A stretch of 64,000 nucleotides of DNA. Source: Bacilli bacterium (GTDB lineage Bacteria; Bacillota_I; Bacilli_A; RFN20; CAG-288). The notes below the pieces were generated by a model. It made no database searches. It saw nothing but the letters and a program-made list of their open reading frames with translations, and had not been told where the DNA came from. The stretch lies in contig JALCRV010000009.1 of the NCBI GenBank assembly GCA_022652945.1, positions 15,025 through 79,024 on the forward strand. Reading direction: 5' to 3'. The position numbers and the translations under genes are program-made. Positions 10,028 through 19,487 of the stretch are shown piece by piece. How positions within the stretch are numbered: the first letter of the stretch is position 1; each line of letters begins with the position of its first letter.

Positions 10028-10135
10028 TCTGATAAAATAGCCCGAGAAATCGGGCTTTTTTATTTTGCTGGGACACTTTTGAGACACTCAACTTTTTTCA
10101 ATGACCATTATTATTTTATTATCCGACCGCCTTCG
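10028..10135 (+). repeat. Copy A of a ~105-nt conserved tRNA-Thr 3' trailer module (terminator, tandem sub-repeats gacactttt/gagacactc, conserved tail caatgaccattattattttattat)
   Basis: Near-identical sequence lies at 28337-28445 (+) and at 54190-54312 (- strand). Each copy begins right after the CCA of a different tRNA-Thr isoacceptor. Confidence 0.6.
10040..10066 (+). terminator. Rho-independent terminator (gcccgagaaatcgggc + T6ATTTT)
   Basis: 6-bp GC-rich stem, 4-nt loop, followed by ttttttatttt. Confidence 0.7.
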
Positions 10136-10339
10136 TTGATAGCTTTCTTTTCCATCCGAATATTTCTTAACACAAGAATCAATGACTTAAGAAAGATTTG
10201 TCGCCGCAAATAGTATCAAAGTTGCTTTTTTCTTCATTCCAGGTCTCAAATAAGAAAGATGGCTTTCTTCTCGTTTTCTAATAAATCTAGATGTTGTATA
10301 TTATTTAAGTAAATATATGGAAAATCCGGAGGGGGCAAT

Positions 10340-10858
10340 ATGAAAATCGGCGTTATTTATTTTTCCAAGACAGGCAACACTAAAGCCATCGCTGAGTCCA
10401 TGGCAAAAGGTCTAAATCTCGAAGCGACTCCTCTCAGCGCTTTCGCAGCTTTTGATGAGGCTTATGACATGATCTTTTTAGGCGGAGCCTTTTATTTCGG
10501 AGCCTTGAACAAAGAACTCGTGGCCTTCATCGGTCGCTTGGATAAAGAGAAGATTAAAAACATCTGTGTCTTCTCGACCAATAATTCCGCTAAAGATGCC
10601 TGTAAAGAACTCAAGTCTCAGGTCGAGCAGAAAGGCATCCATGTCATCGATGAGCACTTCCATGCCGATGGGCATTTCCTCGGGATGAAAAAAGGCCATC
10701 CGAACGAAGAAGAAAAGGAACAAGCTGCTCAGTTTGCCCAGAATGTGATCTCCCTCTATTTCCCTCCTGAGCCGCCTAAAACCGAAGAAGGAAAAACCAG
10801 CGAGGAGAAAAAAGACGAAAAAGCTGATTCTTCCCCGTTGACAAGCGCTTTCATCTAA
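10340..10858 (+). CDS. Short-chain flavodoxin with low-complexity acidic C-terminal tail
   Basis: MKIGVIYFSKTGNTKAIAE FMN-binding T/SxTGxT motif; SD ggaggggg upstream; 172 aa. Confidence 0.7.
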   Translation: MKIGVIYFSKTGNTKAIAESMAKGLNLEATPLSAFAAFDEAYDMIFLGGAFYFGALNKELVAFIGRLDKEKIKNICVFSTNNSAKDACKELKSQVEQKGIHVIDEHFHADGHFLGMKKGHPNEEEKEQAAQFAQNVISLYFPPEPPKTEEGKTSEEKKDEKADSSPLTSAFI

Positions 10859-10980
10859 GATATATTATCTGTACTCCGCTCTCACTAAGCGGCTCGTGAA
10901 GCCCGGGAAATGGCTTCCATCGTCTGCTTCAGGGTTAGTCTACCCCCATCAAGAAAATGCTGCGGATGATGATGCAATTT

Positions 10981-11032
10981 AAAAGGCGGCTAGGAAGCTT
11001 GCAACAGGCAAGTGGGTCTAGTCGCCTTTTTG
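10981..11032. terminator. Bidirectional terminator between the flavodoxin gene (+) and the beta-helix lipoprotein gene (-)
   Basis: aaaaggcggctag...ctagtcgccttttt long imperfect hairpin with inner stem cttgc/gcaag, flanked by A and T runs. Confidence 0.5.
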
Positions 11033-11056
11033 TATTTCAGATCTTATTCAAGGGCT

Positions 11057-13144
11057 TTATGCCGAAGTGCTAGCCCCTGTCTGGGTATCTGCACCCTGTC
11101 TTCCACCACCCGGATTCCCACCGGGGCCAGTCTGCCCGCCGGTCGAAGTCCCGGAAGAAACATGAGTGGATGAAGAAGTGAAAGTGAAGGAACTGGAGGA
11201 AGTCGAGCTAACCGCCTCTAAGGCTGCCTCATCGCCGTAGTCCATATAGACACCGGCGAAGACTTCTTTCCCACCGGTAACCGAAGAAGCTACGCTCACA
11301 TTATAAGTGCCGGAGGTAAAATTCGAAGAAGAGATAAAGGCGGTCGCAGCAGTTTTCTTGGCTAAGAAGGCGAAGAGGATATTCCCTGAGGCATCGGAGA
11401 TGACCACGTACTTATTGCTTGAAGCCCCCAAGCCTTTAAGATATGCAGTCATCTGGGTGCCCGAAGCCGTGAAACTATCCATCTGTCCGCCCGAACCATA
11501 AGCAATCATGACTCCGCCGGTTTGGGTGTAGGAAGAAGACTTATCACCGTAATCCATTTCGCCGTTTCCTTCATTGGTCGGACCGGCGACGACGGTAAAT
11601 CCGCCGCTGACGTTGATGTTTCCGTTAGAATCGATTCCATCGCCGGAAGCATCCACGAACAAGAATCCGCCGCTGATATTGATCTCATAGAAATAGTAAG
11701 TATCTCCGATATCTTTCGAAGCAGCATTAATCGCATCATCAGTAGAGACGATATAGCTAGTCCCTCCCTGGTAATTGACATAGCAAGCCTCCATACCTTC
11801 GTAACATACGGTTACATCAATATAAGTGGAAGAGGCAGAATCATCGACGGTCAAAACACCATCGCCGTGAATCGCATCATCACCGGTCGCTAAGAAGAAC
11901 GTCCCTCCGGTAATGGTCAAATTCCCATCATCGTAAGCCGGAGTGGTTCCGCTAGTATTCAAATAACCGGAAGCATGGATTGCATCATCGCGGGAATCAA
12001 TATTAAAAGTGCCACCGGAAATCAGGATATTACCACCGGTTCCTTCAGTATCTCCGTCACCTGCCTTCAGCCCCTTGGTATTGACATCATCAACGGTATC
12101 AGCTGGATCATACTGGCTATTAGGCAAAGTCGTCCCGCCGGCGGTGAAGATATTATAAGTGCCACCGCTGATTGTCAGATCTCCGTCGCATTTAATTCCA
12201 GCCCCTCCACCGACTTCTAAAGTCGAGGAATCGCCATCGACCGTGACGCAGTTATAAGTCGGATTCCCTTGGATGGTGATATTCCCGTCCGCCGACATCC
12301 CATGGCCTTCATAAGTGGTATAAACATCGATAAATCCCTGGGCAGCGGTATCATCGATGGTTAAATCGCCACCAGCCTTGATGCCGTTGCCATAGGACTT
12401 TATCTTTAAGCAGGAACCGGCGGAGGTGAGGTTCCCGCTGGCGTTGATTCCGTGGGTTCCATCAGCTTCCAAACAAAGTTCCCCGCTTCCGCCGCCAATT
12501 AAGGACAGTCCGCCTCCGGAGTATAAGCAGCCTTTAGGTTTACTAACCTCAGCCGCCGCTCGCGAGTCGTGCAGGTAATTTACTGAATCGTTATTTACTT
12601 CAACAACTAAATCGGCCGAAGACATCGAGTTAAGCGGTGAACCGGCAGCACAAGTAATCGAAGCCCCATCGAGAATCAGCTTTACCGATCCCGTGGAAGC
12701 TTTAGCAATTGTAATCTGCCCGTTGCTCAAAGTGCCGCTAACATAAAAAGTCAAAGTATCGGTGCCTGAATTGACAATCGTTATGACGTTAGCTGCGATC
12801 GAAACATGTTCACTATCACTCGAAGTGCTCCCATCTTGGCTCAAGATTATGCTTCCGGTTAAAGAGGAGGTATCGACGGAAGCGCCTTTTTTGGTCTCGG
12901 TATCCAATACCAAAGCCTCGGAAGAAGGAAGCCCCGGATAAGAAACGGCTGTCGGAAGCTCACCTTGATATGTATAGGCTTTGTTGCTGACCGTTTCAGA
13001 AGCCACCGAGGTGGCGGTGGAAGTAGAACTGACACTGGAGGTTGAACTGACACTGGAGGTTAAAGTTGCAGTCTCAGTGCCGCAGGCGGTTAAGCCGGCC
13101 AAGCCAGCTAAGACCAGAATAGGCAGGAAGCTTCTTTTTTTCAT
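11057..13144 (-). CDS. Large Ser/Thr-rich cell-surface lipoprotein with right-handed beta-helix repeats; putative carbohydrate-binding domain protein (Cthe_2159-like)
   Basis: The start was moved to MKKRSFLPILVLAGLAGLTAC, which has a lipobox and a gaaagga SD 8 nt upstream. The central 500 aa are Gly/Asp/Thr-rich with recurring GDDAIH, GDGIDSNG and DDAINA beta-helix rung motifs. The mature N-terminus and the C-terminus are poly-Ser/Thr. Confidence 0.6.
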   Translation of the reverse strand: MKKRSFLPILVLAGLAGLTACGTETATLTSSVSSTSSVSSTSTATSVASETVSNKAYTYQGELPTAVSYPGLPSSEALVLDTETKKGASVDTSSLTGSIILSQDGSTSSDSEHVSIAANVITIVNSGTDTLTFYVSGTLSNGQITIAKASTGSVKLILDGASITCAAGSPLNSMSSADLVVEVNNDSVNYLHDSRAAAEVSKPKGCLYSGGGLSLIGGGSGELCLEADGTHGINASGNLTSAGSCLKIKSYGNGIKAGGDLTIDDTAAQGFIDVYTTYEGHGMSADGNITIQGNPTYNCVTVDGDSSTLEVGGGAGIKCDGDLTISGGTYNIFTAGGTTLPNSQYDPADTVDDVNTKGLKAGDGDTEGTGGNILISGGTFNIDSRDDAIHASGYLNTSGTTPAYDDGNLTITGGTFFLATGDDAIHGDGVLTVDDSASSTYIDVTVCYEGMEACYVNYQGGTSYIVSTDDAINAASKDIGDTYYFYEINISGGFLFVDASGDGIDSNGNINVSGGFTVVAGPTNEGNGEMDYGDKSSSYTQTGGVMIAYGSGGQMDSFTASGTQMTAYLKGLGASSNKYVVISDASGNILFAFLAKKTAATAFISSSNFTSGTYNVSVASSVTGGKEVFAGVYMDYGDEAALEAVSSTSSSSFTFTSSSTHVSSGTSTGGQTGPGGNPGGGRQGADTQTGASTSA

Positions 13145-13449
13145 AATGATTGTCCTTTCGTTGGGAAGAATTCCCTTCGTCAACATTAATACAAGGCCCG
13201 GATGTTTTTTATTGGCGAAATTCGATTTTTGTTAAAATATTTTTGTCGTTTTAAAAAACGGTTGTTTTTCACCGCACGGGTTATGGAAAAAAACTTTCTT
13301 AGGCACCTCTATTTGCCGCTCGCGTCTTCACTTATGGAAAATCTTTTATCAAGGCGCGTTTTTTCTTGATTTAAGTTTGCCTAAAATGATAATATATACA
13401 AGAAATCTTCGGCGGGTTTTGAATTGACCGCCCCATGAGGAGCAAAGAC

Positions 13450-14202
13450 ATGAGAAAATTATTGGATAAAATATGGGATTGGATGAAGTCGACCGCTTGG
13501 TTCCAGGTTGTGATCCTGGTTGGTGTGGTCGTCGCGGTCGTCCTTTGCATCTCCCCTATTACGAAAGGCATTCAGGGAGCTATCTCGAACGCCGAAAGAG
13601 TCAAGTACTTCGAATATCATCGTATTTCTTATAATGAAACGATGGAGAAAATCGATAACATCGAGAATAACGAATTCGCCGTGCTCTTCGTCTCCGGCAA
13701 CGGAGCTTCCACCTACGAGCAAGGCATCGATGATTATGAAGGCTCTTCCAAAGCAGTCCCTATCTACATCTTCAATACTGCGGTCTCCGACGAGAACAAA
13801 ACTGATTACAACGCTGATGAGGCTTGGTACAACTATTACAAAGTCACGACTCAGATGATGACCGGCTTCCGCAATGCTTCCTTGGATATCTATAACACTT
13901 GGAAATCTTCCACGGTTGATAACGATAAAGAAGTCTCCCAGACTTCTGAATATCCCGATCCCGCTTCCGATCCGGCTTCCCTATTGAATTCACCTACCTT
14001 AGTCTGGTTCAGAAAAACTGCCAATATCGATGATTCGCTGAAGACCAAGTCGACGGTCCTCAATCCGGTCGATAACGCCGAAAAGGATTACCATGTCGCC
14101 AAGGTCTACCTGACCATTCAGGATTCCTCTTCGGAAAAGGATAATATCCGCACCTTACAAGGTCTCCAGAAGTTCTTCCACTCTTCGATCATCGGAGCTT
14201 AA
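13450..14202 (+). CDS. Hypothetical membrane-anchored (single N-terminal TM) exported protein, no recognisable domain
   Basis: The start is set at the second ATG (MRKLLDKIWDW), which is preceded by a gaggag SD. The TM segment is WFQVVILVGVVVAVVLCI. Promoter TTGATT-18-TAATAT at about 13366-13397. Confidence 0.5.
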   Translation: MRKLLDKIWDWMKSTAWFQVVILVGVVVAVVLCISPITKGIQGAISNAERVKYFEYHRISYNETMEKIDNIENNEFAVLFVSGNGASTYEQGIDDYEGSSKAVPIYIFNTAVSDENKTDYNADEAWYNYYKVTTQMMTGFRNASLDIYNTWKSSTVDNDKEVSQTSEYPDPASDPASLLNSPTLVWFRKTANIDDSLKTKSTVLNPVDNAEKDYHVAKVYLTIQDSSSEKDNIRTLQGLQKFFHSSIIGA

Positions 14203-14210
14203 AGACAATG

Positions 14211-14242
14211 CAAAAAGGCATTCTTCGCGGAATGCCTTTTTT
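14211..14242. terminator. Bidirectional terminator (ggcattcttcgcggaatgcc + T6)
   Basis: 7-bp stem and 6-nt loop between convergent genes. Confidence 0.6.
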
Positions 14243-14253
14243 CATGCTCGGGA

Positions 14254-14739
14254 CTATTTAGTCTTTTTAGCCTTCTTTTCCATGGCCTCTAAAACGAAAG
14301 GAGGGACCAGATGCGCGATATCTCCGCCCAAGGAGAAGATTTCTTTGATCCTAGTCGAGGAAATAAATGAATATTCTTTGCGCGCCATCAGGAAGACCAT
14401 GTCGACATCCGGCTCCAAATACTCATTTATTTGAGCATACTGATATTCATAATCGTAATCGGAAGCCATCCTTAAGCCACGGATGATCGCCTGAGCTCCG
14501 ATTGCTTTTGCTTGCTTGGCGGTCAGGCCTTCGCCCTTGATAACTTCGATATTCGGATAGTCTTTAAAGGCTTTCCTGACAATAGAGAGCCTCTCATCGA
14601 GGCTGAAAGCATAATTTTTTTCATAGTTCTCCGCAACGATGATAATAAGCTTGTCGAACATTTTCAAGGCGCGCAGAGCGACATCTATATGCCCGTTAGT
14701 CAGCGGATCGAAACTGCCAGGATAACATGCGATTCTCAT
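14254..14739 (-). CDS. coaD: Phosphopantetheine adenylyltransferase
   Basis: MRIACYPGSFDPLTNGHIDV (H/T-x-G-H nucleotidyltransferase motif); 161 aa. Confidence 0.9.
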   Translation of the reverse strand: MRIACYPGSFDPLTNGHIDVALRALKMFDKLIIIVAENYEKNYAFSLDERLSIVRKAFKDYPNIEVIKGEGLTAKQAKAIGAQAIIRGLRMASDYDYEYQYAQINEYLEPDVDMVFLMARKEYSFISSTRIKEIFSLGGDIAHLVPPFVLEAMEKKAKKTK

Positions 14740-15281
14740 TTTCCTTCTTCCTTTCTATAGATCCCGACTTTCTTATATGAATACTGATATCTCTTCAGAT
14801 TAAACCCGGGGATTTCAGCCAAGTCCTCTTCCTGCTCCGCAATGACAATCCCATTGGCTTTTAGAAGGTGGGCTTCCACTCTTATTATAATATCCTTATT
14901 AATCTCTTTGGCGTAAGGCGGATCAAGGAAGACATAATCAAAAACTGCATTTTCCTTCTCAAGCTTATCCAACGCCACCTGATAATCAAGATTCAAAAGG
15001 CGGGTCAAAGAAGAGCAGTTTAGGGCATTAGCAGACTCATTGATTGCCTGGATACAGCGATGGTCTTTATCGACAAAGACGACCGAAGAAAGACCCCTGG
15101 ACAACCCTTCAAATCCGTAAGCTCCTGAACCGGCGAACAAATCCAAGCCCGTCCCGGAAAGATAACCGCCCAAAGCCGAAAACACCGCTTCCCTGATCCG
15201 ATCCTGAGTTGGCCGGACGGTATCTAAAGGAGGCAAGTGCAGTTGCCTGGAGCGATATTTGCCTCCGACGATTCTAATCAT
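14736..15281 (-). CDS. rsmD: 16S rRNA (guanine966-N2)-methyltransferase RsmD
   Basis: LDLFAGSGA SAM-binding motif and DPPY motif; 4-nt overlap with coaD, as in the B. subtilis ylbH-ylbI pair. Confidence 0.85.
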   Translation of the reverse strand: MIRIVGGKYRSRQLHLPPLDTVRPTQDRIREAVFSALGGYLSGTGLDLFAGSGAYGFEGLSRGLSSVVFVDKDHRCIQAINESANALNCSSLTRLLNLDYQVALDKLEKENAVFDYVFLDPPYAKEINKDIIIRVEAHLLKANGIVIAEQEEDLAEIPGFNLKRYQYSYKKVGIYRKEEGK

Positions 15282-15613
15282 ATCAGCCTCCTCAAAATCT
15301 CATTTTCAAAGACTTCTTTGACCGCTTTGATTTTGGCATAACACTTTTCATAGGCAATCACGCTCGGCAAAGAAGAGATTTCTTTATTGATCGCAGCATA
15401 TTCCCGCAAGATTTCTTTCTCGGAGCCGTCGCTTTTCAGATATGCCGCGGAAAGCCTTTCTTCGATGTCTTTCTTCTTTTTAGTCAGGGCGAGGAGGTCT
15501 TTATCCTGATAAAGGGCCTGGTCAGCTTTCTTTAAAGCCAAATACTCTTCCGAAGCGAAAAATTCGGAAATGAATTCATCCTTTTTTTCTTCGAAACCTT
15601 GGCTTAAGGACAT
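15278..15613 (-). CDS. YlbF/YmcA-family (UPF0342) small helical regulatory protein
   Basis: 111-aa helical protein with the conserved position upstream of rsmD-coaD (B. subtilis ylbF context); 4-nt overlap with rsmD. Confidence 0.5.
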   Translation of the reverse strand: MSLSQGFEEKKDEFISEFFASEEYLALKKADQALYQDKDLLALTKKKKDIEERLSAAYLKSDGSEKEILREYAAINKEISSLPSVIAYEKCYAKIKAVKEVFENEILRRLI

Positions 15614-15704
15614 TGTTTCCCCTTTGTAAGAAATGAACTAAGCATTTCTTTGAATTATTATACTTCATTATGTTAGACTAACACACGGAGATAAACCTGA
15701 GAAA

Positions 15705-16244
15705 ATGTTGAAGATTTTAGATGACAAGAACAAAATGCTCCGCACTGTTTGCGAAGAAGTAAAAAAACCATATAGCGCAGAAGACTTTTCCACCTTGAAG
15801 GAAATGGTGGGATTTCTTTCTTTATCTCAAGATCCCGAATACGCAGAAAAGAACCATCTGCAAGCCGGCATCGGGCTGGCAGCTCCCCAGATTGGCCTAG
15901 CGAAAAGAATGTTCGCCATCTACTTAACTGAAAACGATGTCCTATATAAGTATGGACTGATCAATCCGACGATTCTCCGCACCTCTTTAAAACAGGCCTA
16001 CATGAGCGGAGGCGAAGGTTGTTTGTCCGTCAAGGAAAAGCACCTGGGCTTAGTGATGAGGTACTACAAAGTTGTCATGGCTGGCTACGATGTCTTCGAG
16101 CAGAAAGATATCACCATCACCGCTTACGGATATCTGGCCATCGCGCTCCAGCATGAATTCGATCATCTTAACGGGGTTTTATATTACGATCACATCGATA
16201 AAAAGGATCCCTTAAAGGTCAGTTTAGGGGCCGTCGAAATCTGA
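15705..16244 (+). CDS. def: Peptide deformylase
   Basis: GIGLAAPQIG, EGCLS and HEFDHLNG metal-binding motifs. Confidence 0.9.
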   Translation: MLKILDDKNKMLRTVCEEVKKPYSAEDFSTLKEMVGFLSLSQDPEYAEKNHLQAGIGLAAPQIGLAKRMFAIYLTENDVLYKYGLINPTILRTSLKQAYMSGGEGCLSVKEKHLGLVMRYYKVVMAGYDVFEQKDITITAYGYLAIALQHEFDHLNGVLYYDHIDKKDPLKVSLGAVEI

Positions 16245-16381
16245 AAGCCCTTTTCTGTCTTTTTAAGCCTTAGTTTTATTGCTTATCCTTTATTAAAGGC
16301 GTATATTAAAAATTGTAAGACGATACAAATAAGCGCCTTAAAATTGCTGCTCTTTATTTATTATGAGGTTTATATATATTT

Positions 16382-18070
16382 ATGGAAAACAATTCAAGAT
16401 TCGATGATTCACCGGTTTCGGTCTACGCTTTAGGCGGCCTCGGTGAAGTCGGTAAGAACACCTATTGCGTCGAGAACAATAAAACATTGATCGTCATCGA
16501 TGCCGGTGTCAAATTTCCGGAGGCTGATATGCCGGGAGTCAATTATGTCATCCCGGATTACACCCACCTGAAAGATGAATCAGCCAAGCTTAAAGCTCTG
16601 ATAATCACCCACGGACACGAAGATCATATCGGCGGGATTCCTTTCCTGCTGCAACAAGTTTTCATTCCGGTGATTTACGCCCCTAAGCTGGCCATGGCCT
16701 TAATCCGGCATAAGCTGGAGGAAATGAAATTCCGCTCGAAAACGAAATTAGTCGAGTACGATGGGGATTCCATCCTGAAAATCGATGATTTTGAAATTTC
16801 CTTTTTCCATGTCACCCACTCTATCCCCGATTCCTTTGGAATCAAGATCAAGACACCGGAAGGCATCATCGTCCACACCGGCGACTTCAAGGTGGATTTA
16901 ACCCCGGTCGATCACGATATCGACCTATCGAAAATCTGCCGCATGGGCGACGAGGGAGTCGATCTGTTGCTCGCCGATTCGACCAACGCTGAAAAAGAAG
17001 GATATACCCAGTCTGAAAAGTCTGTCATTTCTTCCATCAACGATATTTTCCGTTCGGCTCCAGGCCGCTTGATTATTTCAACGTTCTCTTCGAATATTTC
17101 CCGTATCCAACAGATTGTGGAGGCGGCCATTCGCTACGACCGCAAGATTGCGATTTTCGGTCGTTCGATGGAATCGAACATCCAAGCCGCCCGAGATTTC
17201 GGCTATATCCATATCCCCGATTCTTCTTTGATCAATCCGGACGATCTGCGCAAAGTCAATCCTTCCGAGACCCTGATTCTTTGCACGGGTTCCCAAGGCG
17301 AACCTTTAGCCGCCTTATCCAGAATCGCTAATGGCCTCCATCGGCAAATCAAGATCGCTTTAGGAGATACAGTCGTCTTCTCTTCTTCTCCGATTCCAGG
17401 CAATACCGGGGCTATCAACAAGGTGGTTAATCAGTTGACCCGCTGTGGTGCTACAGTCCTTGTCAATTCCGTCTTGAACCAACTGCACGCTTCCGGCCAC
17501 CCCTGCCGTCAGGAACTTAGGTTGATGCAGAAACTCATGAGACCTCAATATTTCATGCCGATTCACGGTGAATACCATATGCTAAAACTCCACGCTGAAG
17601 TGGCGGTTGAGTGCGGGATGTCGCCGGATCATATCTTCGTCATGCAAAACGGTGATTCCATCCAATTATTCCATCGGAAAGTCACCGAGGGGCCGAAAAT
17701 CCATGCGGATGTGGTTTACCTCGATTCCACCGATGCGACAGGGCTTTCCTCTTCCGTCATCAAGGAAAGGAAAATCCTTTCCCAAGACGGCGTGGTCGCT
17801 GTCACGATTTTGCTTAATAAGAGCAAGAACTCCTTGCTTCTCCCCCCGGTCATTAATACGCGAGGCTTCTCATATTTCACTTCCACTTCCTCAACGGTAG
17901 TTAAAGATGCCTCCGGTACTCTTCAGCAGGAAATCAACGCTTTAATTAAGACACCTTACCGTGATGATCAGCTTTCCGAATTGATTATCAACTCCTGCTC
18001 CAAGTATTTCTACCGCTTGACGCACCGGAATCCGGAAATCGTGCCGTTGATAATGGCCGAGAACATTTAA
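16382..18070 (+). CDS. rnj: Ribonuclease J (RNase J1-type, metallo-beta-lactamase/beta-CASP)
   Basis: HGHEDHIGG motif, beta-CASP motifs and a C-terminal domain; 562 aa. Confidence 0.9.
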   Translation: MENNSRFDDSPVSVYALGGLGEVGKNTYCVENNKTLIVIDAGVKFPEADMPGVNYVIPDYTHLKDESAKLKALIITHGHEDHIGGIPFLLQQVFIPVIYAPKLAMALIRHKLEEMKFRSKTKLVEYDGDSILKIDDFEISFFHVTHSIPDSFGIKIKTPEGIIVHTGDFKVDLTPVDHDIDLSKICRMGDEGVDLLLADSTNAEKEGYTQSEKSVISSINDIFRSAPGRLIISTFSSNISRIQQIVEAAIRYDRKIAIFGRSMESNIQAARDFGYIHIPDSSLINPDDLRKVNPSETLILCTGSQGEPLAALSRIANGLHRQIKIALGDTVVFSSSPIPGNTGAINKVVNQLTRCGATVLVNSVLNQLHASGHPCRQELRLMQKLMRPQYFMPIHGEYHMLKLHAEVAVECGMSPDHIFVMQNGDSIQLFHRKVTEGPKIHADVVYLDSTDATGLSSSVIKERKILSQDGVVAVTILLNKSKNSLLLPPVINTRGFSYFTSTSSTVVKDASGTLQQEINALIKTPYRDDQLSELIINSCSKYFYRLTHRNPEIVPLIMAENI

Positions 18071-18071
18071 C

Positions 18072-18635
18072 ATGCTGATTCTCGCTTCAAAATCTCCTCG
18101 GCGAAAGGAACTTTTGGAAAAAATATATCCTTTTCCTTTCCAGATTATCCCCGCTGATATCGATGAAGCTAAGATTAAGGCCCCCTCTTTACGGGAGAGG
18201 CCTTTTTATATCGCTAAGGCGAAAGGCGAGAAAATCTCCACCCTTTATAAAGATGCCTACGTCATCTCTGCTGATACGACTGTCATCTGCCAAGGGCAGG
18301 AGCTGGGTAAGCCCAAAGATGCCGCGGATGCTCGAAGGATGCTGAAGATGGAGGATGAATCTTATCAGGAAGTCTTGACTGGCTACCACATTTTCTTCCA
18401 TGGAAAAGATGTCTTTTCCGGCCTAGCCAGCACGAAATTAGTCCTCCACGGCTTAACGGATGAGAAAATCGAAGAATACCTTAAAACCGGCTCGCCCTTC
18501 GATAAAGCCGGAGCCTACGGGATCCAAGACCGAGAAGATATCAGTTACACCATATCCGATGGCTCATTTGATAACGTAATGGGCTTCCCGACTGACGAAA
18601 TAAAAAAAGGCCTAGTGAAGCTAGGCCTCATCTAA
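18072..18635 (+). CDS. maf: Maf-like nucleoside triphosphate pyrophosphatase
   Basis: LILASKSPRRKELLE N-terminus; 187 aa. Confidence 0.85.
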   Translation: MLILASKSPRRKELLEKIYPFPFQIIPADIDEAKIKAPSLRERPFYIAKAKGEKISTLYKDAYVISADTTVICQGQELGKPKDAADARRMLKMEDESYQEVLTGYHIFFHGKDVFSGLASTKLVLHGLTDEKIEEYLKTGSPFDKAGAYGIQDREDISYTISDGSFDNVMGFPTDEIKKGLVKLGLI

Positions 18636-18642
18636 ACTAACT

Positions 18643-19419
18643 TTAGTTTTCAATAAAGTTTTTCCTGATCCGCTGATATTCGGAGAATGGTTTACTATGG
18701 GCTAGGCTAAACGATACCTCGGACATTTTTATGCTGAATTTCTTCCCTTTCGGAGAAGCAATCAAGCGCATATCTCCGGCTAATTCAAAAGGAATATCGT
18801 TAATGATCTCAATCTGAACCGTATCCTCAAGCCCGGTGACCAAGGAGTTGACCAAAGGATGGAAGATGCGATTACGAATCGGTGCAATCAAAGATATAGC
18901 CATCCCGTTTTCCTTGCCTAATAAGGCCCCATTAAGCGAGTGATTGTACCCTGAGGAGCCGAAGGGAGAGGAAATACAGACCCCCGAGCCCTTAACTTCC
19001 ATAAAATAATCGTTGTTGATGTAAATCACGAAATCCATCGTCCGGATCGAGGAGCCTAGAACAAATTCGTTGCAGGCCATGGCCTGGTTTCCCTCTTCAT
19101 CCGTCAAAGAAATAAAGCGGTGCTTTTCCAAAATAAGTTTTTCAAAAGAAAAGGACTGATAAAGTTCCGCTATGTCCTTCAAATCACACTCCTTATAGAA
19201 GCCTAAGGTCCCATCATTGATCAGCATGAATGGGGCGTTTTTCTGATAGAGGGCTTTTAGGGCGGCCAGCAAGGTCCCATCCCCGCCGAAGACAAAAATA
19301 ATCTGAGGATTTACATCATCCCGAAGATTCCCTTCCCGAATAAAATGAGCGCAGAAATCTTCCACTTCTTTTTTAAGATAGGGATGTCTATCGTTAGCAA
19401 AAATGGTGAATCTGAACAT
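18643..19419 (-). CDS. nadK: NAD kinase
   Basis: GGDGT(L/M)L motif (FVFGGDGTLL) and NE/DG-containing C-terminal domain. Confidence 0.85.
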   Translation of the reverse strand: MFRFTIFANDRHPYLKKEVEDFCAHFIREGNLRDDVNPQIIFVFGGDGTLLAALKALYQKNAPFMLINDGTLGFYKECDLKDIAELYQSFSFEKLILEKHRFISLTDEEGNQAMACNEFVLGSSIRTMDFVIYINNDYFMEVKGSGVCISSPFGSSGYNHSLNGALLGKENGMAISLIAPIRNRIFHPLVNSLVTGLEDTVQIEIINDIPFELAGDMRLIASPKGKKFSIKMSEVSFSLAHSKPFSEYQRIRKNFIEN

Positions 19420-19487
19420 GGTGTCCGCCTTTATCTTTAGTTGTTATTATAGTATCATAATAGCGGAAAAAGAGGGGAAGATAAAAT

